This document shows, in pieces, positions 1-10,023 of a stretch of DNA of 64,000 nucleotides (positions are counted from its first letter, which is position 1; the number at the start of each line of letters is the position of its first letter). Position numbers and translations under genes: made by a program. The stretch covers positions 1,075,691-1,139,690 of the forward strand of contig OY970378.1 in assembly GCA_963718875.1 (NCBI GenBank), written 5' to 3'. The notes beneath the pieces were generated by a model. That model searched no databases. It saw nothing but the letters and a program-made list of their open reading frames with translations, and was not told the origin of the DNA. Source of the DNA: Candidatus Parcubacteria bacterium. Its GTDB lineage: Bacteria > Patescibacteriota > Saccharimonadia > UBA4664 > JBIOIQ01.

Positions 1-166
1 TGGAACAATATTCCAAAGCCTAAGCCCCGAAGATTATGTTGTCATACCGGAAATGCTTGCTAGCTAAGCCGCAAACCCTGTATATTCAACCGATACATAT
101 CCATTATACCTTCTATATATTTAGAAGTACGTAAGGTATGACCATTACGCTTATGCTAAAATAGAA

Positions 167-712
167 TTGGTGAAAGATATGCCTCTCAATCGACTTCAAG
201 AAACCATTTTGTATACCCTTGCTAAGGCTCACGACAAGGGTATTAATAACTTGTCTAAATTTCAGCTAATGAAGCTTGTTTATATGATTGAGATCAATTC
301 ACAGAGGTTCTTAGGTGAGTCTTTTATTCATAATGTGAAGTTCTACCGAGAAAAGAATGGCCCTATCTCATATGATATCTATAAGGCTGTAGACGAATTA
401 ACCAAAACCGGGTTTATTGAGGCGTGGGCTGAAGATAATACAGAGTATGGCCACCCTAGGCATTGCCACCGTATTAAGAAGCAGCCGGCCCAAGTAAGCT
501 TTGGAAAGTCGGAAAAAGTATTTTTGAATAGCATTCTAGAAGACTACTTGCCTCTAACCATAGCTAAGCTCAAAGCAGAGGCTTATAAAACCGAGCCAAT
601 GCAGAAAGCCCAGCAAGAAGAAAAAAGGCAGGGACACCCTCTCAACGGCCGTCCTTTAGACTTAGACACAGTTGCCTTGGACGAAGACATTCTTTCTGCA
701 ATCCTGGGGTAG
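167..712 (+). CDS. Panacea-domain (DUF4065/SocA-like) antitoxin
   Basis: K(F)QLMKLVY...GPIS.DIY...Y.TEP motifs; start could be ATG at 179. Confidence 0.75.
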   Translation: MVKDMPLNRLQETILYTLAKAHDKGINNLSKFQLMKLVYMIEINSQRFLGESFIHNVKFYREKNGPISYDIYKAVDELTKTGFIEAWAEDNTEYGHPRHCHRIKKQPAQVSFGKSEKVFLNSILEDYLPLTIAKLKAEAYKTEPMQKAQQEEKRQGHPLNGRPLDLDTVALDEDILSAILG

Positions 713-715
713 TCT

Positions 716-1132
716 ATGAGCTACGATCCAGGGGATATCCTATATTTTAAGGAGTATACGTTCAACGATACGGGCGAGGTCGCCCGTCATTTCGGCTTAG
801 TTATACTCCCGACAGAACTAACGGACTTTGAAAGTCAGATCTACTGCTGCGTAATAACCTCCAACGCTCCACGAAACACTTATGCCGTTCACCTTTTAGA
901 TCACAACGACTACCCCTGCTTCAGTAAGCCCACGTACGCAAGGGTACATTTGCAAGATTACATACCAATTAGTGGCGTCGACACCGGCCGGAAACAGCCG
1001 GTAGGCAAACTAGATCTGGTCGATAGAAAGAAGGTTTTTAAGATCTTGCGGAACGTTCTGTTTTCGCAAACTAATCCCGTAGATAAATACTTGCGGGCAA
1101 CCATTATTAAAGAGTGGAAGAAAACTCTTTAG
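716..1132 (+). CDS. PemK/MazF-like toxin candidate
   Basis: PGDILY...R(H)FGLVI...CVITS pattern, 3 bp downstream of the Panacea gene. Confidence 0.55.
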   Translation: MSYDPGDILYFKEYTFNDTGEVARHFGLVILPTELTDFESQIYCCVITSNAPRNTYAVHLLDHNDYPCFSKPTYARVHLQDYIPISGVDTGRKQPVGKLDLVDRKKVFKILRNVLFSQTNPVDKYLRATIIKEWKKTL

Positions 1133-1138
1133 GCTACC

Positions 1139-1889
1139 TCATTCGGCTGTAGACCTAGCCGCATAGTAAGCACAGTAGTCGCAGTTCTTACCCGGCTTGG
1201 GTATGGTTCTCTTGCAAAGCACTTTGTAGGCGTCCATAACGGCCTTTTCTACCCAACCGTCATTACCTTCGTATGGGATCAGCTTAATATCAAAGTCTAG
1301 CCTACCGTCGAATGCGTCGTTATCCCGGCGACCATTGCAGTACACAAAGTAGCCGGTGTTTGATACCGGTAGGCCATTTTTACGAAATAGCCATTGATAG
1401 ATTTCCATTTGTCGTTTATAGCCGTCTTGCCAATCGGCGTCGAGCGATACCTCGCCCTTTTTGCTAGTGGCCTTATAGTCGACGATAACTACCTCGCAGG
1501 TCTGGGGATCTTCCCAAACGTCGTCTACGCCGCCGGTAAGGACTAAATTGGTATCCGGTATAGCGTATGTAATGCCACGGTGGAGGCTATCTCGCCACTC
1601 CTCAATGTATCTATGGGAAAGGTACTAAATCTAGCCCGTAGGCTTTAACGAGCGGGTGGACGGTCTTAGCCTGCCGGTGGATATCGAACTCCTTTTTGAG
1701 TAACTCGTCGACTGCACTATTGAGGTTAAACGGATACCCAGGTGGCCGGCCCACGCCTAGTTTACGATCCAAGTAGAAGCACCGAGGGCATTCGATAAAT
1801 AGATCGAGCTTACTTCGGCTTAGGCGAAAGGGCTTATCGCTAGTGTGCTCGTATAAGTTTCTCTTTCTAGTTTTATAGTATTCCGACAT
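1139..1889 (-). pseudogene. PD-(D/E)XK (Cas4/RecB-like) nuclease, frameshifted near 1612
   Basis: N part LSRSKLDLFIECPRCFY; the shifted frame continues HRYIEEWR..GGVDDVW..IVDYKAT..QMEIYQWL..CDYC. Confidence 0.8.
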
Positions 1890-1918
1890 TAATCCCTATT
1901 TTCATTTTATTAGTCTAG

Positions 1919-3802
1919 CTAATCGACTTTATAAAACACCTTGCCGTGGGGCAACTTGATATTAGGTATCCAGAAAGGTTGCCCTCCCCATTTGTTCTCT
2001 CGTTTTCCGTTTAGCCTATACATAGTCAAAACTGGAAGATTTTGTATCGAATTACCTAATTGTCTGTCGTCCGGCGAGAGTAAGGTGCCAGTTCCTTGGC
2101 TGATATCTCGATTACGTCGTACTATAAGCTTTGCGAGATTCAATGAGCCCTTTTCGTTTTTCAAAGCGTCTAATGCAGCAATAAGTGAAGCAGTGTCCCA
2201 GTTATTTGGTGTATCAGATCTTAAGCTCGATAGTATTTTTTCCAGATCCGGCAAAGTTATGTCGTAGACAGGGTGCTGATCGTCGTAAGCACTCATTACG
2301 TCGTCGAGAGTACCTGAATTTGACTGGTCTGGATCGGGCGGAAAATAGTTTACTCCTCCAACCAAAATGTTAAGCAAACCCTGGTCGACAACGTTCTTTC
2401 TCGTCGGTTTGAACTTAGACGAAGTCATTATTTGAATTTCGTCAATGTTCGACTCCTGAACCTGCTTGAGTAGCACCTCGTTTGAGTTATTAATCTCTGC
2501 AAATACATTAAACAATGGCATAGGCATAAAAACCCGCATTAGCATAGGATCTCTGTCATATCCAAACATACGACTGTGCTGCCAAAACGTATCAGCTTGT
2601 GGCCTTTTCGACGACCGGCAATAGTACACAGTCTGAAGCCCTTTAAAAGTTACCCCTCTTCCGAGGCTGTTTCCACCAACTACTATATTCATTCCCTCGT
2701 CAAACGATACCCTGGGATCGCTTTCTGGGCCAGAATTCATGGTGAAGACATTTATTTCTGGTGCTGTTTTGATAAACTCTATCAACTCCTTGAAATGCCT
2801 AATATCTGGTTTAGACTTCTTCAAATCTGACCAGGCAGTTTCCAGCCTATCTTGGGTTGCTTTATCGTCAATAGTCCGTAGGACGTGTTGGAGATAATGC
2901 TTTGCTTTCTCTGCAATTTTCTCGTGATCTTCTATCCTAACGCTTGGGTGGATCAAGAAGTTGCAAACCTTAGAGTCTTTATTAACAAACTGGTGAGCTG
3001 CGGTGATTAGATAGGTATCAGTTGCAAGCTTTAGACCCTCGGCAATTTCGTCGGTTTTAAGGAGCACACTTAGCTCGTCGTCCTCTGTAAACCTGTTAGT
3101 GAAAGGTGCTGGCTTACTATAAAAAAACGAGCCACCAAGGTAACCTCTGCCCGGCGGGAAGTAATGAACAAATGCTGGTTTCCAATTTGACGATTTTGCT
3201 TGAAGTAATAAGGATTGGGGCGTAGCAGTTACTTGAAGATAAAAGCTGCTTGTTGATAGGTTTCTAATGTTTTCCAAGTGCCGGTTAATTGCACTTTGCT
3301 CTTCACGGTTTACTTCAGTATTTAAACTGGCTGCGTCAGCCTCGTCGTCTACTATGAAAATCGGCCTGCCTTTACTAAATCCCGTTGAGGCTAAAATATC
3401 TTTCCACTTTTTCAAAACAGTCGTATTTTTCTTTAAGATAATTAAAGCGGGCTTACGCATATTAAGAGCCTTGAACCTCAATTCGTCGCCCTCGTCGCAT
3501 ATATTAAAAGTATCTAAATTTAGTAAAGCACGCTCATAAGTCTGCTTTTGGAGGGCATTGATCGGGCTGGTTAATACGAAAAATATTTCGAAGCCAGCGT
3601 CTGCTGCTGCGGCCACTACTCCGAACATTTGACCTGTCTTACCGCTTTGGACTTCTCCGAGTAGTAGCCCGGTTATGTGCTCCTTAAAGTTAAACGCCTC
3701 TATATGTTCCGGCACAATCTCTTGGAGGGTTTCTTTAACAGATCCGACGGCATTAGGCGAGGACTCGGCGAGCCTAGCTAGATAGTTCTGTAAATGGCTC
3801 AC
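1919..3802 (-). CDS. Z1-domain SF2 ATPase/helicase subunit of CglI/NgoAVII-type RM system
   Basis: Walker A GEVQSGKT, DDEAD, TATP, LGRGVTFKGL..Y, and Q.SRMFGY motifs. Confidence 0.85.
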   Translation of the reverse strand: MSHLQNYLARLAESSPNAVGSVKETLQEIVPEHIEAFNFKEHITGLLLGEVQSGKTGQMFGVVAAAADAGFEIFFVLTSPINALQKQTYERALLNLDTFNICDEGDELRFKALNMRKPALIILKKNTTVLKKWKDILASTGFSKGRPIFIVDDEADAASLNTEVNREEQSAINRHLENIRNLSTSSFYLQVTATPQSLLLQAKSSNWKPAFVHYFPPGRGYLGGSFFYSKPAPFTNRFTEDDELSVLLKTDEIAEGLKLATDTYLITAAHQFVNKDSKVCNFLIHPSVRIEDHEKIAEKAKHYLQHVLRTIDDKATQDRLETAWSDLKKSKPDIRHFKELIEFIKTAPEINVFTMNSGPESDPRVSFDEGMNIVVGGNSLGRGVTFKGLQTVYYCRSSKRPQADTFWQHSRMFGYDRDPMLMRVFMPMPLFNVFAEINNSNEVLLKQVQESNIDEIQIMTSSKFKPTRKNVVDQGLLNILVGGVNYFPPDPDQSNSGTLDDVMSAYDDQHPVYDITLPDLEKILSSLRSDTPNNWDTASLIAALDALKNEKGSLNLAKLIVRRNRDISQGTGTLLSPDDRQLGNSIQNLPVLTMYRLNGKRENKWGGQPFWIPNIKLPHGKVFYKVD

Positions 3803-4860
3803 GACGCCTCAACCCCAAAGTTCATAAACCATTTGTTGCTGCCCTCAATCCTCGATAATGAAATTGTGTTTCTTCCATATTTGCTTAAAACCTCGTCGGT
3901 TACGGGTGTCCCCGGTTCTAATGCACCGTTCACTTCTAATCTGCCCTTTATCCATTTTCCTAATATTTTAAGATCGCCGTCTGAACGCAGGTTTTTACTG
4001 TAGTCCCCACTTACCTTACAATCAAACTCCCAGCCGTCGTCAGTAACCACTTGAAATACTCCACCTTCACCACCTGAATCTGCTTTTGGATAATACGGCA
4101 GAGAGGTTATTTCTTTAGGTACAATCAATTCGACTTCGTACCAAGGGCGTGGCATAACAAAACCCTGTTGATTCCGGCGACCTTCTCCAAAGAAAGCATT
4201 CAAGTTGCTCTTTGGGGCGTCGTTGGCCTTCAAGGGTATTTCTATCTTATCTGACGACAATTGGTTTATGAGTGCCGATACCTCACTACTAGTTACTTTC
4301 GTAACTCCGTATTGGTCGTTCAAAAGAGGATTGGTAGACACCACTAGCGGGATATCTACTTCCCCTATCGGCTCGCAAGCTTTTTCTAGAAGTTCACCAA
4401 TGAATGTTTCTAGCCTGATAGCTTCGCTATGGTTCTCTATTAGGTAATCGGCCTCATAAAGTCTTTGCCCAAATACAATATTGGAAAGGTTTGAAGAACC
4501 GACAATAGACCCTATAATGCTACCCTTAGACTTAAAGCTGGCTAGCTTGCCGTGGAACGGAAATGTAACAGATACAAATACTCCACCCAGGTTGTTGAGG
4601 GTGAGGTAATCATTTAATGACTCCAAGGCCACTTTTTGAGAGTTGGTTAGTCCCTCGAAGAAGTGCATACCAATGCAAAGTGTCAATTTTGGGCCGTGGT
4701 TCTGTTCAATAATATTTCTTAGGTCTACCGCCGAGTCGGCAGAAATATACCCAGACGCAATAGACAGCTCGTCAGAGGATTTTATGAGTTTATGGAATAT
4801 TTCAGTATAAGAGTCGAGTTCGGTTTTGACAGGCGGGAAGTTTGAAAATAGTAGTGCCAT
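3799..4860 (-). CDS. NgoFVII-family PLD restriction endonuclease
   Basis: IASGYIS, FHGKL, GSSNLS PLD motifs; RPWYEVEL and SKNLRS..LKILGKWIKG C-terminal domain. Confidence 0.85.
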   Translation of the reverse strand: MALLFSNFPPVKTELDSYTEIFHKLIKSSDELSIASGYISADSAVDLRNIIEQNHGPKLTLCIGMHFFEGLTNSQKVALESLNDYLTLNNLGGVFVSVTFPFHGKLASFKSKGSIIGSIVGSSNLSNIVFGQRLYEADYLIENHSEAIRLETFIGELLEKACEPIGEVDIPLVVSTNPLLNDQYGVTKVTSSEVSALINQLSSDKIEIPLKANDAPKSNLNAFFGEGRRNQQGFVMPRPWYEVELIVPKEITSLPYYPKADSGGEGGVFQVVTDDGWEFDCKVSGDYSKNLRSDGDLKILGKWIKGRLEVNGALEPGTPVTDEVLSKYGRNTISLSRIEGSNKWFMNFGVEAS

Positions 4861-4863
4861 TTG

Positions 4864-5958
4864 CTAGTCCGCCGATATTGCCAGTTGATTGAGTCCCACC
4901 CCGTTTAACGAAACGCTATATTCACTTACTTTAGCTGGTTCAGTTAACTTACTAGCTTCAAACACTGGCATTAGGTAGCCTGCGATAGTCTTTGCCGCTA
5001 CGGGGGGGACTGAATTGCCGATTTGCCTACGAACTTCCGTGATTGAGCCTTCGAAGATAAAGTCGTCAGGATAACCGAAAAGTCTAGCACGTTCCCTGTT
5101 AGTCAAAGGCCGTGGTTCTTCGTAATGATACCCCCAGGTGCCACCTCCGCCTCCTGCGATTATTGTGGTAGAGGGCTTGTTTTTGTCTAACCGACGATAT
5201 ACGTGGCTGATCATACCCTTAACATAGTAAGGACTATCTTTAGGCAAAGAGGAAAAATTGCCACCGGCGGGGATCAGTTTTAGCATTTCTCTGGTCTTGT
5301 CCTTGATATTCTGGTGCTCGTTGTTGTGGGGTACTTTTTCAACCCCCTCTAATGCCTCTCCAGCCGTTACGAAATTTCCGGCTGTGTGAGTGGGATCGGG
5401 TTTCTCGAAATTGAAATCAATGTCATTCCTGATACCAACTATCAATACACGTTCTCTCAATTGTGGTGCTCCATAGTGGGCGAAATTGTAGAGATCGGCT
5501 CGTATTTTGTATCCAAGTCGTGCGAAGTCCTCAATAATCTGTCGTATTGCCTTACCGTCATTCGCCGTTAGGAGGCCTTTAACGTTTTCAGCCACAAAAA
5601 CTTTTGGCTTCTTAGTTTCAACCGCACGTACAAAATGCTTGTACAGGTTTCCTCGGTCTGTTTCTAAACCGCCCCGTTTCCAAATCATTGAAAAATCCTG
5701 ACAGGGGAAACCACCGGTGATAATATCTGCGTCCGGTACTTTATTGAAATCGATATCCGTAATGCTAGCGTGGGTGATATGGGGGCCGAAATTACGTTCG
5801 TAGGTCTTGCAGGACGAGGCTTCAAAATCGTTAGCCCATACAACTTCAAAACCCGCTAGCTTGAAGCCAAGATCGAGCCCACCACAACCGGAAAATAGAG
5901 ATAAAAGCTTAGGACGTTTGGAAATTTTAGTATTCTTATTTATCATTTTCATACTCAT
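4864..5958 (-). CDS. C5 DNA cytosine methyltransferase
   Basis: LFSGCGG, GFPCQ, ENVKG, Q.RER, GNSV motifs. Confidence 0.95.
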   Translation of the reverse strand: MSMKMINKNTKISKRPKLLSLFSGCGGLDLGFKLAGFEVVWANDFEASSCKTYERNFGPHITHASITDIDFNKVPDADIITGGFPCQDFSMIWKRGGLETDRGNLYKHFVRAVETKKPKVFVAENVKGLLTANDGKAIRQIIEDFARLGYKIRADLYNFAHYGAPQLRERVLIVGIRNDIDFNFEKPDPTHTAGNFVTAGEALEGVEKVPHNNEHQNIKDKTREMLKLIPAGGNFSSLPKDSPYYVKGMISHVYRRLDKNKPSTTIIAGGGGGTWGYHYEEPRPLTNRERARLFGYPDDFIFEGSITEVRRQIGNSVPPVAAKTIAGYLMPVFEASKLTEPAKVSEYSVSLNGVGLNQLAISAD

Positions 5959-6153
5959 ATACCCCTTTCGTATGATTATAGACTAAAGCGTTATAAATTG
6001 CCGCAACATTTTTCTCTGGAACGAAACTAATCTATTCGGCTTTTGTTCGGTATCTTTACTCTACGAGAATCGTCGAGAAAACACAACACTTAGTACTTAA
6101 TTTCTTAACACCTCAACGGGAGTGGAGGGTATGCTTTTTTATCGAAAAATACC

Positions 6154-6462
6154 CTACTTTCGGGCAAATTCTGGGTCGTGCCGTTCCAAGTACCAGCGAG
6201 CTGCGACTGCGTCCCCATTTCTTATAGCGTCTACAATTATCAGCCGTGCCTTTTCTTTAGTAGCACTCTCTGCACCAACGAATATATCGGTAAATTCACC
6301 CTCTCTACGGATATGGTCGTAATACGCCCCGTAGGACACGCCAGCGTAGCGACAGGCCGCCCGAACGCTCAAACCCCTATGTAGAGCCCCGACGATCTTA
6401 CTTACCGCCTCTGCGTCGATCACTGACGGTCTGCCGACATTTGTTTTGAGAGTTTGAGGCAT
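6154..6462 (-). CDS. HTH protein resembling phage terminase small subunit
   Basis: AAGGAG SD before ATG 6462; GRPS..AACRYAGVSYGAYY..EF..AARWYLER pattern. Confidence 0.5.
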   Translation of the reverse strand: MPQTLKTNVGRPSVIDAEAVSKIVGALHRGLSVRAACRYAGVSYGAYYDHIRREGEFTDIFVGAESATKEKARLIIVDAIRNGDAVAARWYLERHDPEFARK

Positions 6463-6529
6463 ATAGTTCTCCTTATCGGTTCGCCTCCGAGTATCTCCAT
6501 TATACCCGTTCAGATATAATTGAAGCAGT

Positions 6530-7204
6530 ATGAAAATGACGACCGAAGAAAAGCACGAATATAACACTTGGCTGGTTTTATCCGCTTTGAGAGAAAAGCA
6601 ATTAACCGTAGGTAATACCTTTAGCTTCCCAACCGATTACGTTGACGACCTAAATCCCGAACTGACACACGGGATAATTCGTCTACTACACGAGCAGGGC
6701 TATCTGCTCCGGCTGGATTTCCCGTCTGAACTAAACATACCGATCAACGGCGATAGGATTATGGTGCCTAGGATAGACTGGCCCGATAATTTGGCACGCC
6801 GTATACAGGTGGAATTGATACCGAAAAAATTTAACCGTATTTATCAAACACTCACAAAAAAGTTTGCTATCAAATCGGCGGTAGAACCACGTTCTGGAAC
6901 CCCTATGCTTTCGTTCGCACAGGTCGACGGAATAGCCTCATTCAAAACAGGGTGGTACACATTTAAGCCTGGGACAAAGGCCCATACGATATTGGAGTTC
7001 TTGCAGTCCAATAAGGGCTGGCCACAAGGTACTAACGACATTATCGAGGGCTGTAATAAGAAAATAGCTACAGGTAACTATAAATTTCGTGCTGAAAAGG
7101 ACATACGGGATACCCTAAACAATATTAGAAAGAACTTAAAGGTGAACAAGGGTGAGTTTTTTCCAATTATCAAACAGGGCGACAAGTGGGTTTGGAAGGA
7201 GTAA
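6530..7204 (+). CDS. Hypothetical protein, possible C-terminal winged helix
   Basis: 224-aa ORF; IRDTLNNIRKNL helix followed by a beta hairpin. Confidence 0.5.
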   Translation: MKMTTEEKHEYNTWLVLSALREKQLTVGNTFSFPTDYVDDLNPELTHGIIRLLHEQGYLLRLDFPSELNIPINGDRIMVPRIDWPDNLARRIQVELIPKKFNRIYQTLTKKFAIKSAVEPRSGTPMLSFAQVDGIASFKTGWYTFKPGTKAHTILEFLQSNKGWPQGTNDIIEGCNKKIATGNYKFRAEKDIRDTLNNIRKNLKVNKGEFFPIIKQGDKWVWKE

Positions 7205-7317
7205 ACCCTACAACCTAAGCTAGCAAGGTTCGTTCACTTTTTTCACCTAGTAACTCAATTACTCCTGGTATCAGAAAATGACTAGTACAAGTCATTTTTT
7301 AATTTCGCAGGATTACT

Positions 7318-7560
7318 ATGAGCCAGGAAGAAAGCACAATCAAAACCGCCGATCTCGCCCTGGCTTCCGTTTTGGTTGAGAAAAATTATGAACTTCTTGA
7401 ACTCGAACGCAACTATGGCAATCGAGTTTCTTTTGTTTTTGAACGTACTCCTGAAATCGAGGGGGTCTTGGCGGACTATTGGGGAAACCGAATAACTGTA
7501 AACCCCCGTATCTACTTCGACGCAATCAAGCACCTTAAGACTCGGATTTATGGCGGCTGA
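7318..7560 (+). CDS. DUF5659-like small protein
   Basis: T.DLALAS.L...RV.FVF...Y....V.P..Y..IK.LK..IY pattern. Confidence 0.65.
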   Translation: MSQEESTIKTADLALASVLVEKNYELLELERNYGNRVSFVFERTPEIEGVLADYWGNRITVNPRIYFDAIKHLKTRIYGG

Positions 7561-7795
7561 TATGCAATTAACCGACTCTGACATTTTGGAGTTTAAAGAG
7601 CTTGCTAAGAAGCACCTCGGCGTAGATCTAACGTGGGAGGCCGCACAAGATCAAGCCATAAAGCTTGTCCGGCTAATGCAAATTGTTCACCGACCATTGA
7701 GCGTCGAGGATTATGAAGCTATTCGCCTAAAAGACGGCTTTAGCCGCAATAAAAATGAGAACGAATATGAGCCAAGCGGATCAAAAGAGATTTAA
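7550..7795 (+). CDS. Hypothetical protein of CPR integrative elements
   Basis: MQL.D..I.EF.EL..KH.GV.L..EAA pattern; overlaps both neighbours. Confidence 0.5.
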   Translation: MAADMQLTDSDILEFKELAKKHLGVDLTWEAAQDQAIKLVRLMQIVHRPLSVEDYEAIRLKDGFSRNKNENEYEPSGSKEI

Positions 7796-8276
7796 TAAGT
7801 ACTTCCGGCAAAAGGGCATTCTCTACCAGCCGGGCTACGCCATTATTTTTGGCAACCTAAATGCCGGTATCTTGCTAAGCCAGCTCCTATATTGGCACGG
7901 AAAGGGTAAAGACAGGGAGGGCTGGATTTACAAAACTGCCGAGGGTTGGAGGAAAGAAACTGGGCTTACCCGGTATGAGCTAGAAACTGCAAGACGTACT
8001 CTAATTAAGCACAGCATTCTCGACTACAAGCGATCGGGAAACCCCTGCACAAGCCACTATCGACTTAACCTTCTAAAGCTAGAAGAGGCACTTCCTAGTT
8101 TGCTGGAAACCAACAATCTGGTTTATCTGAAACCACCCGACAGTATTTCGGCAAAACCGCAAACTCTTATTTCAGAGAGTACCCAAAAGACTACGACAAA
8201 AAGTACTCCGCCGATTAATAAATCCAATTATAAAAAACAACGGACTGCATTACTTGATATGAAAGGTTTTCCCTAG
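7755..8276 (+). CDS. Phage-type replication initiator-like protein
   Basis: LLSQLLYW..GWIYKT..W..ETGLTR.E..AR..L winged-helix motif. Confidence 0.65.
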   Translation: MRTNMSQADQKRFNKYFRQKGILYQPGYAIIFGNLNAGILLSQLLYWHGKGKDREGWIYKTAEGWRKETGLTRYELETARRTLIKHSILDYKRSGNPCTSHYRLNLLKLEEALPSLLETNNLVYLKPPDSISAKPQTLISESTQKTTTKSTPPINKSNYKKQRTALLDMKGFP

Positions 8277-8328
8277 CTAGAGATCACTATTCAAAGCACT
8301 AACAATATTGTGTAATATATAAGGAGTA

Positions 8329-9954
8329 ATGACTATGCAAAGCCAAAATCTAAAATATTTCCTCTACGCTCGTAAGTCCTCCGAGGACGAGGACAGACAA
8401 ATTCAGTCAATCGACGACCAAGTTAATTGGTTAATACAAAAAGCCAATCAAACAGGAGTTGTTCTAAAGAAAAATCAGATCTTTACAGAGGCTAAATCGG
8501 CTAAGAAGCCGAATAATCGGCCCGTGTTCGCCGAAATGCTAGCCCGGATCGAAAAGGGCGAAGCAAATGCCCTACTAGTTTGGGACATTTCTCGCTTATC
8601 GAGAAACCCGATCGATAGTGCGGCGATACAATGGCTGCTCCAAGAAGGTAAGCTACGGTTAATCCATACGCACACACGAGAGTACCGCCCAGAGGATAAT
8701 ACGCTTCTATATAGCGTCGAGAGCGGTATGGCCAATCAGTACATTATCGAGTTACGTGCGAATACACAGCGAGGGATCAATAGTAAGCTTGAAAAGGGCT
8801 GGAAGCCTGGTTTAGCTCCCGTTGGCTACATAAACAACCCCGATCCCGACGAACGCAAGGGTGAAAAAACAATAATCCCCGATCCGGAGCGGTTCGATAT
8901 AGTGCGGAAAGCCTGGGATTTAATGCTTACCGGCAATTACAATCCCCGCCAAATACACCAAATAGCTACAGAGGAATGGCATTTAACTACCAAGGAGCGA
9001 AAAACGAAGCGTGGCAAGGTAGCGATTAGCCGCACGATCTCTCACAACGGCACATACCGTCTACTAACTAATATATTCTACGCAAAGGTAATTGATTATG
9101 GTGGCAAAATATATGAGGGGAGCCATAAGCCAATGATCACAATGGCGGAGTTTGACCGGGTACAAATGTTACTCGGAGCTAAGGGTCGCCCTCGCCCCCA
9201 GTCCCGTGAGCATTCTTATACGGGCAGCATTACCTGCGGCGAATGCTCGGCTCAAGTAACGGCCGAAACCAAGACCAAGTTCGTGAAAAAGACCGGTCAG
9301 CTCAAGGATTACGTCTATTACCGCTGTACCCACCGTAAGACCGGCGTGCCGTGCAAACAGCGGCCGATCCGCCTGGAAGACCTAGAGCCACAAATGGACG
9401 CACAACTACGGCAATTTACGATCCTACCGGTATTTCGGGACTGGGCATTAGAAAAGCTGAACCGGTCTAATGACCAAGAGATCGTAGATCGTACAAAAGT
9501 CCAAGAGTCGCTTACTAAGGCTCTGGACGACAATCAACAGCAGCTAGATAACCTGACTAAAATGCGTTACAGGGATATGATCGACGACGACGAGTTCAAA
9601 AAGGAAAAGAAGGCCCTCCAAACGGAGCTAGCTAGGCTTCAACAAGAGCGGGACGGCAATGAGGGGCGAGCTAGGAACTGGCTTAAGCTCACGGAGGATA
9701 CCTTCAAGTTCGCTTGCTACGCCCAACGATCGTTTATGTTTGGCGACGTTAGAACTAAGCGGGAAATCTTCGCCGCTCTCGGTAAGGGTGCGACGCTAAA
9801 AGACGGCGTGCTAACAATCACTCCTCATAAATGGTTTCAACCGATCGTCGAAAATTACGCCGAATTAGAAGCTGCGTATGAGGAGGTTAGAACTAAAAAA
9901 ACAGCCAATCTCAATCGAGAAATGGCTGTTTTGATAAATAATTGGGGCGAGTGA
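8329..9954 (+). CDS. Large serine recombinase (resolvase + recombinase + zinc ribbon)
   Basis: YARKSS catalytic motif, SRLSRN, CGEC...YYRC...C; AAGGAG SD. Confidence 0.93.
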   Translation: MTMQSQNLKYFLYARKSSEDEDRQIQSIDDQVNWLIQKANQTGVVLKKNQIFTEAKSAKKPNNRPVFAEMLARIEKGEANALLVWDISRLSRNPIDSAAIQWLLQEGKLRLIHTHTREYRPEDNTLLYSVESGMANQYIIELRANTQRGINSKLEKGWKPGLAPVGYINNPDPDERKGEKTIIPDPERFDIVRKAWDLMLTGNYNPRQIHQIATEEWHLTTKERKTKRGKVAISRTISHNGTYRLLTNIFYAKVIDYGGKIYEGSHKPMITMAEFDRVQMLLGAKGRPRPQSREHSYTGSITCGECSAQVTAETKTKFVKKTGQLKDYVYYRCTHRKTGVPCKQRPIRLEDLEPQMDAQLRQFTILPVFRDWALEKLNRSNDQEIVDRTKVQESLTKALDDNQQQLDNLTKMRYRDMIDDDEFKKEKKALQTELARLQQERDGNEGRARNWLKLTEDTFKFACYAQRSFMFGDVRTKREIFAALGKGATLKDGVLTITPHKWFQPIVENYAELEAAYEEVRTKKTANLNREMAVLINNWGE

Positions 9955-10020
9955 TGGGGCTCGAACCCACGACATTCTGCTCCACAAGCAGACGCTCTAA
10001 CCAACTGAGCTACACCCGCC
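9943..10020 (-). tRNA. tRNA-His(GTG) with encoded G-1 and CCA
   Basis: Cloverleaf, anticodon arm TCTGC-TTGTGGA-GCAGA, T loop TTCGAGC. Confidence 0.95.
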
Positions 10021-10023
10021 TCG

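Larger units (their letters stand above)
1..9960. mobile_element. Integrative element (satellite/genomic-island-like) at the tRNA-His 3' end; left boundary outside the window
   Basis: Large serine recombinase ends inside tRNA-His; cargo of RM, TA, replication-like and terminase-small-like ORFs; the second att copy was not seen in the window. Confidence 0.8.

Noticed and set aside
8106-8158. Iterons in the replication-like gene
   Set aside because: Only three short AAACC matches with irregular spacing
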